This document shows, in pieces, positions 1 through 8,606 of a stretch of 35,692 nucleotides of DNA. Under the pieces are notes generated by a model. That model was not told where the DNA came from, ran no database searches, and was given only the letters and a program-made list of their open reading frames with translations. Source of the DNA: Anaerolineales bacterium (GTDB lineage: Bacteria > Chloroflexota > Anaerolineae > Anaerolineales > E44-bin32); contig JALHUE010000071.1 in NCBI GenBank assembly GCA_022866145.1, forward strand, positions 1 to 35,692, read 5' to 3'. The translations under genes were made by a program, and so were the position numbers. Position 1 is the stretch's first letter, and each line of letters opens with the position of its first letter.

Positions 1-1
1 C

Positions 2-1762
2 AACAGCCGACTGATCCTCACCCGCTGGGCCGCCGGGTTTCTGGTTCTGCTCGGCACCTACCTGTGCACGACCCTGCTTGGATTGCCGCTACCGGCCGAG
101 CAGCTGTACTGGGTCGGAATCGCCATCCTGCTCTACAACGCGGTGCTGGCCCTCATCATCCGACGAGCCCGCGCCCGGCAGCTCCCCGTTCCCACCCAAT
201 ACCAGCAGCGACTGATCGGTCTGCAAGTTGGGCTGGATTGGCTGGCGCTGACCGTTTTTCTTCAGTTGACTGGCGGCGCCACCAGCCCGGCCATCCCGCT
301 CCTTGCGATCCACATGCTGTTGGTGACGATCCTGCTGCCCTCCCCTGCCCAGATCCTGTACCTGGCTCTCGGCATCGGCGCATTAATGATGATCGTCATC
401 CTCGAATACCGAGGGATCCTCCCCCACCACAACGTGATTCCCGGGATCCCTCCCGATCTGTACCTCGATCCGGTGTACGTCAGCGCTCAGGTTGGCCTGT
501 TCACGGTCGCTGCAGCGTCGACGGTCGCCCTGGCCTCGGACGTCATGTCCCGCCTGCGCCGGCGCGAACGCCAGGTGACGGCCCTGCTCCAGACTTCGGA
601 GGCGCTGTCGGCAACCCTAAGCTTGAGCGACGTGCTGGAGCGGCTGGCCCGCAATGCGGCGCTGGCACTACAGGCGCCGAGCGCATCCATCCGGCTGCTA
701 GAAGAGGGCAGCGACAATCTGCCGATGGTGGCTTCCTATGGCCTGAGCCGGGCTTACCAGGAGAAGGGGCCGGTCTATCTTTCAAAGAGCGCGCATGACC
801 GCGAGGCACTGGCCGGGCATGTCGTCATTGTGGCCAATGCGCTGGCCGACAGGCGGATTCAATACCCCGCTGCCCTAGAGGCCGAGCGCCTGAGGAGCCT
901 GATCGTGGCGCCGATCATTGGTCGCCGCGGGCCGATGGGCGTGCTGCGGGCCTACAGGCGCGAGGTGGGCGCCTTCGACGAGCAGTCGGCCGAGTTCGCC
1001 CTGGCGATCGCCCGCCAGGGCGGCGCCGCCATCGAGAACGCAATGAGCTATCAGGCGCTTCAAGAGGAAGACGCGGCCCGGGCCCAATTCGTGCGCACCG
1101 TGACCCATGAGCTCCGCTCCCCCACCAGCGGGGCCCAGAGCCTGCTGCGCGCCTTGCTGCACCAACACTCGGCTCAACTCACCGAGCAGCAGCGGGATAT
1201 CCTCCAGCGAGTTGATGCCCGCTTGGATGTGCTCACCGACTTGATCAATGATCTGCTGGCACTGGCTAAGAGCAAGACCGCCGGTTTCCAGGCCGAACCT
1301 GAACCCACTGACCTGACCTCCTTGCTGCAGCAGATCACTGGCCTGTACCGTTCCGAGGCCGCCGCTAAGAGCATCCGGCTGGAATACCACTCGCCCGCCA
1401 ACCCAGTGCGGGTCCTGGCCACCGAGGAAGGGATCGGGCTGATCTTCGGCAACCTTCTGAGCAACGCCGTCAAGTACACGCCGCCGGGCGGCGAGATCAG
1501 AGTCGGGCTGGTGACGGAAAAAGACACCGCTCAGGTGCGCGTGGCCGATACTGGAATTGGGATCCCCCAAGGCGAGCAAGGGCGGCTATGGGAGGAGTTC
1601 TGGCGGGCAACCAATGCTCGCAGATCCCAGAGCTCCGGCACAGGGCTTGGCCTGAGCATCGTTAAGCGGTTGGTGGAAGGGTTTGGCGGGATGATCACCG
1701 TCCAGAGCACAGAAGGTGAGGGGACAACCTTCACCGTCGCTCTGCCAAGCACGAAGAGGTAA
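2..1762 (+). CDS. Sensor histidine kinase (membrane N-terminus, GAF, HisKA, HATPase_c); 5' end probably runs off the window
   Basis: The frame is open from nt 2, with no stop upstream of the TTG at 83. The N-terminus has hydrophobic helices. H-box HELRSPTSG, N-box NLLSNAVKYTPPGG, G1 DTGIGIP and G2 GTGLGLSIVKRLVE are present. Stop is TAA at 1760-1762. Confidence 0.9.
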   Translation, partial: NSRLILTRWAAGFLVLLGTYLCTTLLGLPLPAEQLYWVGIAILLYNAVLALIIRRARARQLPVPTQYQQRLIGLQVGLDWLALTVFLQLTGGATSPAIPLLAIHMLLVTILLPSPAQILYLALGIGALMMIVILEYRGILPHHNVIPGIPPDLYLDPVYVSAQVGLFTVAAASTVALASDVMSRLRRRERQVTALLQTSEALSATLSLSDVLERLARNAALALQAPSASIRLLEEGSDNLPMVASYGLSRAYQEKGPVYLSKSAHDREALAGHVVIVANALADRRIQYPAALEAERLRSLIVAPIIGRRGPMGVLRAYRREVGAFDEQSAEFALAIARQGGAAIENAMSYQALQEEDAARAQFVRTVTHELRSPTSGAQSLLRALLHQHSAQLTEQQRDILQRVDARLDVLTDLINDLLALAKSKTAGFQAEPEPTDLTSLLQQITGLYRSEAAAKSIRLEYHSPANPVRVLATEEGIGLIFGNLLSNAVKYTPPGGEIRVGLVTEKDTAQVRVADTGIGIPQGEQGRLWEEFWRATNARRSQSSGTGLGLSIVKRLVEGFGGMITVQSTEGEGTTFTVALPSTKR

Positions 1763-1810
1763 CCCGCCCCTCGACAAACAATCCCTCGTGGCTCAAAAGC
1801 AGGACGAATG

Positions 1811-1836
1811 CGGGGTGCCGTTCTCACGGCACCCCG
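1811..1836. terminator. Bidirectional hairpin terminator between convergent genes
   Basis: Perfect 10-bp stem CGGGGTGCCG / CGGCACCCCG with a 6-nt loop (ttctca). It sits in the 106-nt gap between the kinase stop (1762) and the stop of the minus-strand gene (1869). The U-tract is weak. Confidence 0.6.
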
Positions 1837-1868
1837 TTGGTCTGTGGTCCACGAGCCAGGTCGACGAG

Positions 1869-3371
1869 CTATCGCCTCGGCTTTCCCTTCGGAGCCGACC
1901 GGGCCGCCTTCCCTGCGGGAGGCTTTGCGGCTCCGGCCGGTGGAGGCTGTAGCTCGGTAACTGGTGCCGCCGCTGGAGCGGCGGGCGCGGCTGCCAGGGG
2001 TTCAATGGTGGGAGGCGGCGAGCTGACCAGTTCGGCGGGGGCGGCAAGCGGCGGGCCGCGGCGCGCCGCTCGCCAATCTGTGTAGGCAAAGAACATCGCC
2101 CCCGAGCCCACGGCGAATGCGACTACCCACACCAGCGTTCCCAAGACAGGGATTCCGGTCAGCAGAACGAACGCCAGCGCCGCCAGGAGCATCACACCTG
2201 CCCGTCTCAGATACTGCTTGCCCGGATCGAGTGCCCGGCTGAGTGCAGCGTAGCTGGCAACGATGACCGACAGGCCATACAGGGACACCGCCAGCAGTCC
2301 GACGCACAAGCCAATCGCGGGGAGGCCAAGCGCCCAGATTGAGAAAGCGAAGCCCCACATCGACTGCAATCCAACTGCCAGGCCGATGACGACCACCAGC
2401 AGAGTGAGTATCGCCGCCACAGCGAACAGCTGGTTGGCGACCACGAACACGAGGAATCCCCACAACGCAGTCGGCCAGGGCTTGCGCCGCAGTCGGTCGG
2501 CACTGGCGGTGATGCTCGGGGGGAATAGCCACAGGGCGATCAGGCCGTAGAAGGCCAGCGGGAGAAACACCAGCAACCTGCCCTGCAGCCAAGCGAGCAC
2601 ACTTTCGCCCGACACCACGGCGGATGGCGCCTTCGTCGCGACCGGAGCAATGGCCATGGCTTCAGTCAGCGGGATGACAACCGGTTTGGGTATCACTTGC
2701 AGCACAGGCGCCTGGCGGACCCGCATCAGACCGCCGCCGCCTGAGGACGAGGCCGGTGGCGGGACGGTCGGCAGCGGCTGGGGCGCCGGCTGCGGACGCA
2801 CGCTCTCCCACCAGGCCTGCGTTTTGCCCAGCCAATCGCCTTGTTCCGCCGCCCCGATGATCAAGCGGGCGAATTCGAAGGGCCCAATGATAGCTCGGAC
2901 GTCGCGCCCCACCTCTCCACCCAAGGTTGCCCCCATCGTGGCGGCCAGCATGTCTCGCCCTACTGTCGCACCCGGCGGCAGCACCAAGCTCAGCCCGCCG
3001 AAGTACAGGTTCTTCCCGATTGACGCTCCGGGGCCCGAGAGCAGCTGGAGGGCTGCCACCATCATCGACCCGCCGACTTGGCCGTTGAGTTCGACATCCT
3101 GGGCGATGGTGATCAATGTGCCTTCCACCCGGCCATTGACGCGCACCCGGCCACCGAGGGCGATCACGTCCCCCAGAACCGTGCCATCGATGCTGACTTC
3201 TTCGCCCGAGAGGATGATGTCCTGATCGACAGTCGTCCCGGCTGGGACCGTGGAACCGTATACGATCTCCTGGGCACCGGCGCTGCCGGCGGTGCCTGCC
3301 AGCAAGCCGAGTGCCAGGATCAACGCTAGTAGCGCCCGAACCAAGGGTTCGATCGGCGGCCTGTGCTTCAT
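1869..3371 (-). CDS. Membrane protein with N-terminal bactofilin-like (polymer-forming beta-helix) repeats, a polytopic C-terminal half and a Pro/Ala-rich tail
   Basis: The ATG at 3371 is preceded by GGGAGG (3383-3378) with a 6-nt spacer. The N-terminus is signal/TM-like (MKHRPPIEPLVRALLALILALGLLAGTAGSAGA). Repeats read IDGTVLGDVIALGGRVRVNGRVEGTLITIAQDVELNGQVGG. The C-terminal half has several hydrophobic helices, and the tail is AAPAAPAAAPVTELQPPPAGAAKPPAGK. The longer ORF reaching 3410 has no RBS. Confidence 0.7.
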   Translation of the reverse strand: MKHRPPIEPLVRALLALILALGLLAGTAGSAGAQEIVYGSTVPAGTTVDQDIILSGEEVSIDGTVLGDVIALGGRVRVNGRVEGTLITIAQDVELNGQVGGSMMVAALQLLSGPGASIGKNLYFGGLSLVLPPGATVGRDMLAATMGATLGGEVGRDVRAIIGPFEFARLIIGAAEQGDWLGKTQAWWESVRPQPAPQPLPTVPPPASSSGGGGLMRVRQAPVLQVIPKPVVIPLTEAMAIAPVATKAPSAVVSGESVLAWLQGRLLVFLPLAFYGLIALWLFPPSITASADRLRRKPWPTALWGFLVFVVANQLFAVAAILTLLVVVIGLAVGLQSMWGFAFSIWALGLPAIGLCVGLLAVSLYGLSVIVASYAALSRALDPGKQYLRRAGVMLLAALAFVLLTGIPVLGTLVWVVAFAVGSGAMFFAYTDWRAARRGPPLAAPAELVSSPPPTIEPLAAAPAAPAAAPVTELQPPPAGAAKPPAGKAARSAPKGKPRR

Positions 3372-3415
3372 GTGTAGCCTCCCTTTGGGTTGAACTATCG
3401 TTTCCACCAATGCGG

Positions 3416-3421
3416 ATTATA
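3416..3421 (-). promoter_or_regulatory. Candidate -10 box (TATAAT on minus strand) for the 1869-3371 gene
   Basis: Plus-strand attata at 3416-3421 reads TATAAT on the minus strand, 44 nt upstream of the ATG at 3371. It is one of only five perfect TATAAT hexamers I found in the window, all intergenic. No good -35 is present. Confidence 0.4.
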
Positions 3422-3553
3422 CAATCCCGGACCCCGGACGGCACCAGGTCAGGCAGAAGCGCAGCAGGCTGCCAGCGCGCAACCGCCAGGGCCAGGGTTT
3501 GTTCTGATCCGCTCGCCGGGGGTGAGCTGCGCCTTCTCAAGCCTCGGCGTTGA

Positions 3554-3588
3554 CCGGCGCAAGCAGACACCAGCCCGTCTGCGGCCGG
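3554..3588 (-). terminator. Possible hairpin terminator after the M28 peptidase gene
   Basis: GCAGAC (3563-3568) pairs with GTCTGC (3577-3582), and outer CCGG (3554-3557) pairs with CCGG (3585-3588). The hairpin lies directly after the stop at 3592-3594. The stem is interrupted and there is no U-tract. Confidence 0.3.
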
Positions 3589-3591
3589 CAG

Positions 3592-4815
3592 TCACGCTAT
3601 CGAGCCGAGGCCTTGCAGCCCGACGACCACGTCCCGCAAAGCGAGCGCCAGGTACCCCAGCTTGTCCGGGCTGACCAGCTCCGGCACGTCGAGCTCCGTG
3701 TGCGCGATCACTGACCACAGCTCAGTGAAACGGGCGGAGGTAGCCGCCAACGCCGGGCGGTGGTGCATCACGAACAGGCTATGATCGCTCTGATACCAAG
3801 CCTCACCCTCGATCATGCCCGGCCAGCCGCCGAACGATTGGCGGACAATCCCAGCGATCTCGGGCGGGCATCCGTACAGAGAGAAGGCAGTGTCCCCGTG
3901 GCGATCGCCGGCGCCGTCGACGTTGATTCCCAGGACGATCTCCCCAAAGCGCTCCTGGTTCTGTTGCACGTACAGCTGCTCGCCCGGCGCGCTGTAGTAG
4001 TCCTCCCCGTTCATCGCCACGAGCTCAACGGCGAGTGCGAGAGAGATGGGCTGCAGCAGTTCAGCCAGCAGCAGCAAGGCTGCAACCCCGGCGGCGTTGT
4101 CCAGCGCCCCCGGGGTCCCCAACTTGGCGTCGATGTGGGCGAATACCACAACCCGCCTTCCGTCCAAGGGACCCTTGCTCGCCTGAACATTACAGCCCCT
4201 AGCCGGTGAACGGCGGGCGCGGATCTTCAGCTCGACCGACTGGCCGGCGCGCCTCGATAGGTCAAGCCCTTCCGCCTGGGTCATGTGCGCACACGGGATG
4301 TCGAAATCCCCATCCTCGATCAGAGGGAAAGGACAGATCCCCCCAGCCAGGTCAGGGTCTCGTCCGGTCGCCGCCACAATGGCCAGCGGCCGCTTGAGCT
4401 CAAGCCACGAGATGATCTGCTGGTGTTCCTCCGGGTTATAGAAGGGGAAACGCTTCGGCATCAGCTGTTGGCGAGCGAGTTTGCCGTGGACCAGCAGTAC
4501 CCTGCCTTCCGCCTCCGCCTGCTGCAGCTCCTCGAAGGTCCCGGCAACTGCCAGCTCTCCCCGGACATCGCAGCCGAGCGAGTAGGGGCTCGGCAGCACA
4601 GCAAACGAACGGTCAAGGGAGGAGAGCTCCGCCCCTGCCTGCTCCCAGCCCAGGCAATCGAACCCCGGGGTCTCCACCCTAAACCCGAATGCCGCAGCCG
4701 CCTTGGCGAACCAATCCGTGGCCACCTTGTTCCCCGGCGTCCCGACACAGCGCCCCGGGAGTTGGCGACACAAGAACTCCAGGTAGCCGGTCGCGGATTG
4801 TGCCAACTCACTCAT
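3592..4815 (-). CDS. M28-family zinc aminopeptidase
   Basis: M28 metal-ligand pattern: FAHIDAK, GALDNAAGVAALL, NGEDYYS and QSDHSLF. An AAGGA RBS lies 7 nt before the ATG at 4815. Confidence 0.85.
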   Translation of the reverse strand: MSELAQSATGYLEFLCRQLPGRCVGTPGNKVATDWFAKAAAAFGFRVETPGFDCLGWEQAGAELSSLDRSFAVLPSPYSLGCDVRGELAVAGTFEELQQAEAEGRVLLVHGKLARQQLMPKRFPFYNPEEHQQIISWLELKRPLAIVAATGRDPDLAGGICPFPLIEDGDFDIPCAHMTQAEGLDLSRRAGQSVELKIRARRSPARGCNVQASKGPLDGRRVVVFAHIDAKLGTPGALDNAAGVAALLLLAELLQPISLALAVELVAMNGEDYYSAPGEQLYVQQNQERFGEIVLGINVDGAGDRHGDTAFSLYGCPPEIAGIVRQSFGGWPGMIEGEAWYQSDHSLFVMHHRPALAATSARFTELWSVIAHTELDVPELVSPDKLGYLALALRDVVVGLQGLGSIA

Positions 4816-4975
4816 GCCTTGATCCTTCAGATCAGAAGCGTCGCCGAGCGCAGAAGCCGGCGATTGCGCTGGCGCAATTGGAAGGCGCGGAGCGCCTCCG
4901 GTGACCCGTTGTCACGTGGCGCGAGCATGCTGCCGAACCCGCTCTTCCAAGGGGGTGGCGGAGAGGGCCATCTCC

Positions 4976-5767
4976 CTAGATCCAGCCTCGCAGTCGGTAG
5001 TACACCAGCGCCAAGACCTCTCGTGCCATATCCCGGCTGCGAGCCAGCGAGGACTCGCTAGGGAGAAATGTCAGACCCGCCGCTTCCTCTCCGATCGATC
5101 GCCCGAAGGCGGCGGAGGGGATCGGGTGCATCCCCTCCCGGGCGAAGGCGCCCAGGGAACGGCGCAGATGCCAGCCCGACGTGACCAGGACAAACTCCTC
5201 TACTCCGCGACTGTTCAACAGCGGCTTGATCTGCTGTGCCTGTGCGTGCGTGTCCGCCGAGGTCATCTCAACCAGGATTCTCTCTTCCGGCACGCCCAAC
5301 CGAACGAGTTCCCTCTCCATGGCGACCGCCTCGGGCGTTGCCAACCCATCGTCCCCAGGGGGACCTCCCGACAGAACCACCCAGGGCTGATCCAGCATCT
5401 TGTAGAGGCGTGCGCCTTCCAAGAGGCGCAGGGCGGTCGCTTCGCTCAAGGACTCGACCCTGCCGGCCGCGCCCTCGAAGCTGGCGGTGCCACCCGATAG
5501 AACCACCACAGCGCGTGCGCCGCTGGCTTCAGCTTTCGTGGCGATCGGCGAGAAGCCGCGGCCGAGAAGGCCTTCAGCTCCCGAAGAGAAGGCGGGGGTC
5601 GCCATAAGCCAGTAGCCTGCCAGCAGCGCCACCAGCCACCGGGTTCCCCAAGGCCGCCGGCGGTCCCCCGCCAGGAGGAGGACTACGCCAATCAGCAGCC
5701 CCAGGAGCAAGAAGGCCATCGATCCCGGTAGAAAGTACGACTTGGTGAACAGGACGATTCCGTCCAT
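4976..5767 (-). CDS. DUF218 (YdcF/ElyC/SanA-like) membrane-anchored protein
   Basis: An N-terminal TM helix is followed by DUF218 signatures VVVLSGG and LVTSGWHLRRSLGAF. The ATG at 5767 has GGAGG about 10 nt upstream. The alternative ATG at 5824 has no RBS. Confidence 0.75.
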   Translation of the reverse strand: MDGIVLFTKSYFLPGSMAFLLLGLLIGVVLLLAGDRRRPWGTRWLVALLAGYWLMATPAFSSGAEGLLGRGFSPIATKAEASGARAVVVLSGGTASFEGAAGRVESLSEATALRLLEGARLYKMLDQPWVVLSGGPPGDDGLATPEAVAMERELVRLGVPEERILVEMTSADTHAQAQQIKPLLNSRGVEEFVLVTSGWHLRRSLGAFAREGMHPIPSAAFGRSIGEEAAGLTFLPSESSLARSRDMAREVLALVYYRLRGWI

Positions 5768-5873
5768 GCTGAACGTGCCTCCAGGTTGCGGCGGTCCGCC
5801 CTGCCAGACCGAGGGGCGCGGCATTGCGATCCGGCCGAATCAGCCGATCGCCCGCCAATGTCGGCGCTCCGGA

Positions 5874-7121
5874 TCAGGCGACCCGTTCGAGCATCGATTC
5901 GTACAACTGGACAACCTGGCGAGTGATATCCGCCCAGGCATAGTTGCGGGCATAGGCTGCCGCCTGCCGACCCAAACGCTCCCGCAGTCCATCATCCTCG
6001 GCCAGCAGTTTGAGCCGCTGCGCCAGGGCGCCGGCATCGGAGGTGGGCACATGGAACCCCGTCTCACCGTCCTTGACCAGAAACGCCAGGCCGCCGGTTT
6101 CAGACGCCACGACCGGTGCGCCGCAGGCCATGGCTTCCAGGGCAACCATCCCGAAGGACTCGTAGTGCGAAGGCACAACGACCATGTCGGCCGCCGAGTA
6201 GTAGTACTGCAGGGTGTCCTGATCGCGCTTGCCGAGGAATGCCACCACGTCGCCCATCCCCAGCTCAATCCGCAGGTTCTGCAGACGGAGCATCTCGGCT
6301 GTCATTCGCTCGGGATCGGCCTCCGGATCGCCGCCGATGATGGCCACAGACATCGGCCGCCTCTCCAGGGTCCCCTCCTGCTTGAGGATCGCCATGGCTT
6401 GCAGCAGCGTGTCGACGCCCTTCAACGGTTCGATGCGCCCGACAAACAGGACCATGTTGTCGCGGCAGTCCATGCCGATGAACTCTTTGGCTTCGTCCGG
6501 CGGGATGGGGTAGAAACGGCTGGTGTCCACGCCGGGGGGGATCACGACGACCTTGTGCGGATCGGCATGGTACAGCCACTGAAACTGGGCGAGTTCAGCC
6601 TGAGTCGAAGCCACGATCTGGTCCGCCTCCCGCAGGAGCTGGTTCTCGACCGCCAAGCGCTCAGGCGAGGCCCTCTCCTCCGGACTGCGCGCCACCCGGT
6701 TCTTCATTTCGCCCAGGGTGTGAAAGGTCTGGATGATCGGCGTTCCCCACAGCTCTCGGAGCCCCAGGGCGGCGATCCCGGACATCCAATAGTGGCTGTG
6801 GACGAGATCGTAGCGAATCCCCTTGGCAGCAGCAAACGATTGGATCCCTTCGATGAAGCCGGGGATGTAGGTCTCAAGTCGATCCTTGCCGACGGGTAAC
6901 TCCGGCCCGGCCGGGACGTGCACCACCCGGTTGCCGAAACCCAGGTTATGCAGGACATGCGGGACATGATCGTCCTGGGAGCGGGTGAAGACGTCCACGC
7001 CTACGCCCTGCCGACCGAGTTCCCGGGTCAGGTCGCGTACGTAGACGTTCATCCCGCCGGTGTCTTTCCCTCCCAGGGTCGCCAGCGGGCAGGTGTGGTA
7101 AGACAGCATGGCCACGCGCAT
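5874..7121 (-). CDS. GT4-family (Glycos_transf_1, MshA-like) glycosyltransferase
   Basis: N-terminus is MRVAMLSYHTCPLATLGGKDTGGMNVYVRDL. The GT-B C-terminal domain carries VGRIEPLKG and the E-x7-E motif ESFGMVALEAMACG. No SD is present; a -10-like box lies 6 nt before the ATG (see promoter feature). Confidence 0.85.
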   Translation of the reverse strand: MRVAMLSYHTCPLATLGGKDTGGMNVYVRDLTRELGRQGVGVDVFTRSQDDHVPHVLHNLGFGNRVVHVPAGPELPVGKDRLETYIPGFIEGIQSFAAAKGIRYDLVHSHYWMSGIAALGLRELWGTPIIQTFHTLGEMKNRVARSPEERASPERLAVENQLLREADQIVASTQAELAQFQWLYHADPHKVVVIPPGVDTSRFYPIPPDEAKEFIGMDCRDNMVLFVGRIEPLKGVDTLLQAMAILKQEGTLERRPMSVAIIGGDPEADPERMTAEMLRLQNLRIELGMGDVVAFLGKRDQDTLQYYYSAADMVVVPSHYESFGMVALEAMACGAPVVASETGGLAFLVKDGETGFHVPTSDAGALAQRLKLLAEDDGLRERLGRQAAAYARNYAWADITRQVVQLYESMLERVA

Positions 7122-7127
7122 GTCGAG

Positions 7128-7156
7128 ATTATCGCCGACGCCCCGTTTCTTGCCAA
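7128..7156 (-). promoter_or_regulatory. Candidate sigma70-type promoter giving a leaderless GT4 mRNA
   Basis: On the minus strand: -35 TTGGCA (7156-7151), a 17-nt spacer, -10 GATAAT (7133-7128), then CTCGAC and the ATG at 7121. The predicted TSS falls at or next to the start codon. Confidence 0.5.
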
Positions 7157-7179
7157 GGAACGCGGCCGACGGGTATAAT
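7150..7179 (+). promoter_or_regulatory. Candidate sigma70-type promoter for tRNA-Thr
   Basis: -35 TTGCCA (7150-7155), an 18-nt spacer, -10 TATAAT (7174-7179). The tRNA 5' end lies 45 nt downstream. The -35 overlaps the -35 of the divergent GT4 promoter on the other strand. Confidence 0.55.
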
Positions 7180-7223
7180 CCTTTTCGCGCGCCGTGCCTA
7201 CTGCCGGCGCTGCAAGTTGCCTG

Positions 7224-7299
7224 GCCACCATAGCTCAGCCGGCAGAGCGGGCGTTTCGTAAACGTCAGGTCGAGGGTTCGAATCCCTCTGGTGGCTCCA
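7224..7299 (+). tRNA. tRNA-Thr (anticodon CGT), CCA encoded
   Basis: Hand-folded cloverleaf of 76 nt. Acceptor GCCACCA/TGGTGGC; D stem GCTC/GAGC; anticodon stem GGCGT/ACGTC; loop TTCGTAA (anticodon CGT); T arm GAGGG-TTCGAAT-CCCTC; discriminator T followed by CCA. Confidence 0.93.
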
Positions 7300-7434
7300 T
7301 CCTCCCCTCTTGGGGGTCACCGCTTCGGTCCGACTGCAGCCTGCCTGCCTGAAGCGGCGCCAATCCTCAGAAGCGAATCGCATCCGACTCTTCGCGGCCG
7401 CGACCGGCGCGGGCTCCCAGGCAAGCCCCAAGGG

Positions 7435-7440
7435 TATAAT
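7435..7440 (+). promoter_or_regulatory. -10 box (TATAAT) placed for a leaderless udk transcript
   Basis: GGGTATAAT, then CGTCGC, then the ATG at 7447. There is no SD and I could not see a convincing -35. Confidence 0.45.
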
Positions 7441-7446
7441 CGTCGC

Positions 7447-8097
7447 ATGCAGCAAGACACGGCCCCCGTCGTGATCGGCATTGCCGGTGGCACCGGCTCA
7501 GGCAAGACGACGGTGGCCAACGTCATTCTCGGGCGCGTCGGCGCAGCCCACATCGCCCTCATTGGCCATGACGCCTACTACAAGGACATCAAGGACCTGC
7601 CGACCGCCCAGCGGGAGCTGATCAACTTCGATCACCCCGAATCGCTGCAGACCGACCTGCTGGTTGAACATGTCAAGCGGCTGCGCAGGTGGGAAGCGGT
7701 CAGTATCCCGGTCTATGATTTCACGACACACGCAAGGAAGTCGATCTCCGTGCTGGTCAAGCCCCAACCCGTCATCCTGGTCGACGGCATCCTGATCTTC
7801 GCCGAACCGGCGCTGCGGGAGCTGTTCGACGTCAAGATCTTCGTCGACACGCCGCCGGACATCCGATTCATCCGCCGGCTGGAGCGCGATATCCGCGAGC
7901 GTGGCCGGAGCGTCGAATCCGTTATTCATCAGTATCAAACAACGGTCCGGCCAATGCACCTGGAATTCGTCGAGCCCTCCAAGCGCTACGCCGACGTGAT
8001 CATCCCGGAGGGTGGCTTGAACACCGTTGCGATGGATATGGTGGTCGCCCGGATCGAGTCGCTCCTCGGAGACCCGCGAGGAGTCCCACAGCCATGA
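7447..8097 (+). CDS. udk: Uridine kinase
   Basis: P-loop [13 protein letters not shown]; motifs FDHPESL, YDFTTH and [17 protein letters not shown]. The upstream 52 codons of the long ORF from 7291 overlap the tRNA flank and have no homology-like features. Confidence 0.9.
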   Translation: MQQDTAPVVIGIAGGTGSGKTTVANVILGRVGAAHIALIGHDAYYKDIKDLPTAQRELINFDHPESLQTDLLVEHVKRLRRWEAVSIPVYDFTTHARKSISVLVKPQPVILVDGILIFAEPALRELFDVKIFVDTPPDIRFIRRLERDIRERGRSVESVIHQYQTTVRPMHLEFVEPSKRYADVIIPEGGLNTVAMDMVVARIESLLGDPRGVPQP

Positions 8098-8606
8098 CCT
8101 CCAGCAAGTACAGCGCACCGCCCGCCATGCAAATTGACCTGTCGAAGGTTTACTCGGCCACCCTGCACACCGACGAGGGGGATATCGTCCTCGATCTGTA
8201 CGCCACGAAGGCACCGGCAACGGTCAACAACTTCGTCTTCCTCGCCCGCCAGGGCTTCTATGACGGGTTGATCTTCCACCGGGTGATCAAGAACTTCATG
8301 GTCCAGGGCGGCGACCCGACCGGCAGCGGCACGGGAGGCCCAGGCTATCGCTTTCAGGATGAGTTCGACCCTTCCTTGAAACACGATGGTCCGGGGGTGC
8401 TCTCCATGGCCAACGCCGGGCCAGGCACTAACGGCTCGCAGTTCTTCCTCACCCACGTCGCCACTCCATGGCTGGATGGCAAGCACACGGTCTTCGGCCG
8501 GGTCCGGAGCGGAATGGACGTATTGCTGGCCATTCCGCCACGTGATCCGTCCAACCCCCAGGCGCCGGCAGTGGCCATCCGAACCATCGAGATCGCCGAG
8601 TCTTGA
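8094..8606 (+). CDS. ppiB: Cyclophilin-type peptidyl-prolyl cis-trans isomerase
   Basis: [42 protein letters not shown] and LDGKHTVFG. The start overlaps the udk stop (ATGA at 8094-8097). Confidence 0.92.
   Translation: MTSSKYSAPPAMQIDLSKVYSATLHTDEGDIVLDLYATKAPATVNNFVFLARQGFYDGLIFHRVIKNFMVQGGDPTGSGTGGPGYRFQDEFDPSLKHDGPGVLSMANAGPGTNGSQFFLTHVATPWLDGKHTVFGRVRSGMDVLLAIPPRDPSNPQAPAVAIRTIEIAES

Noticed and set aside
7224-7446. Possible genomic island or integrative element at tRNA-Thr
   Set aside because: There is no integrase, no direct repeat of the tRNA 3' end and no compositional shift visible. The next genes (udk, ppiB) are housekeeping.
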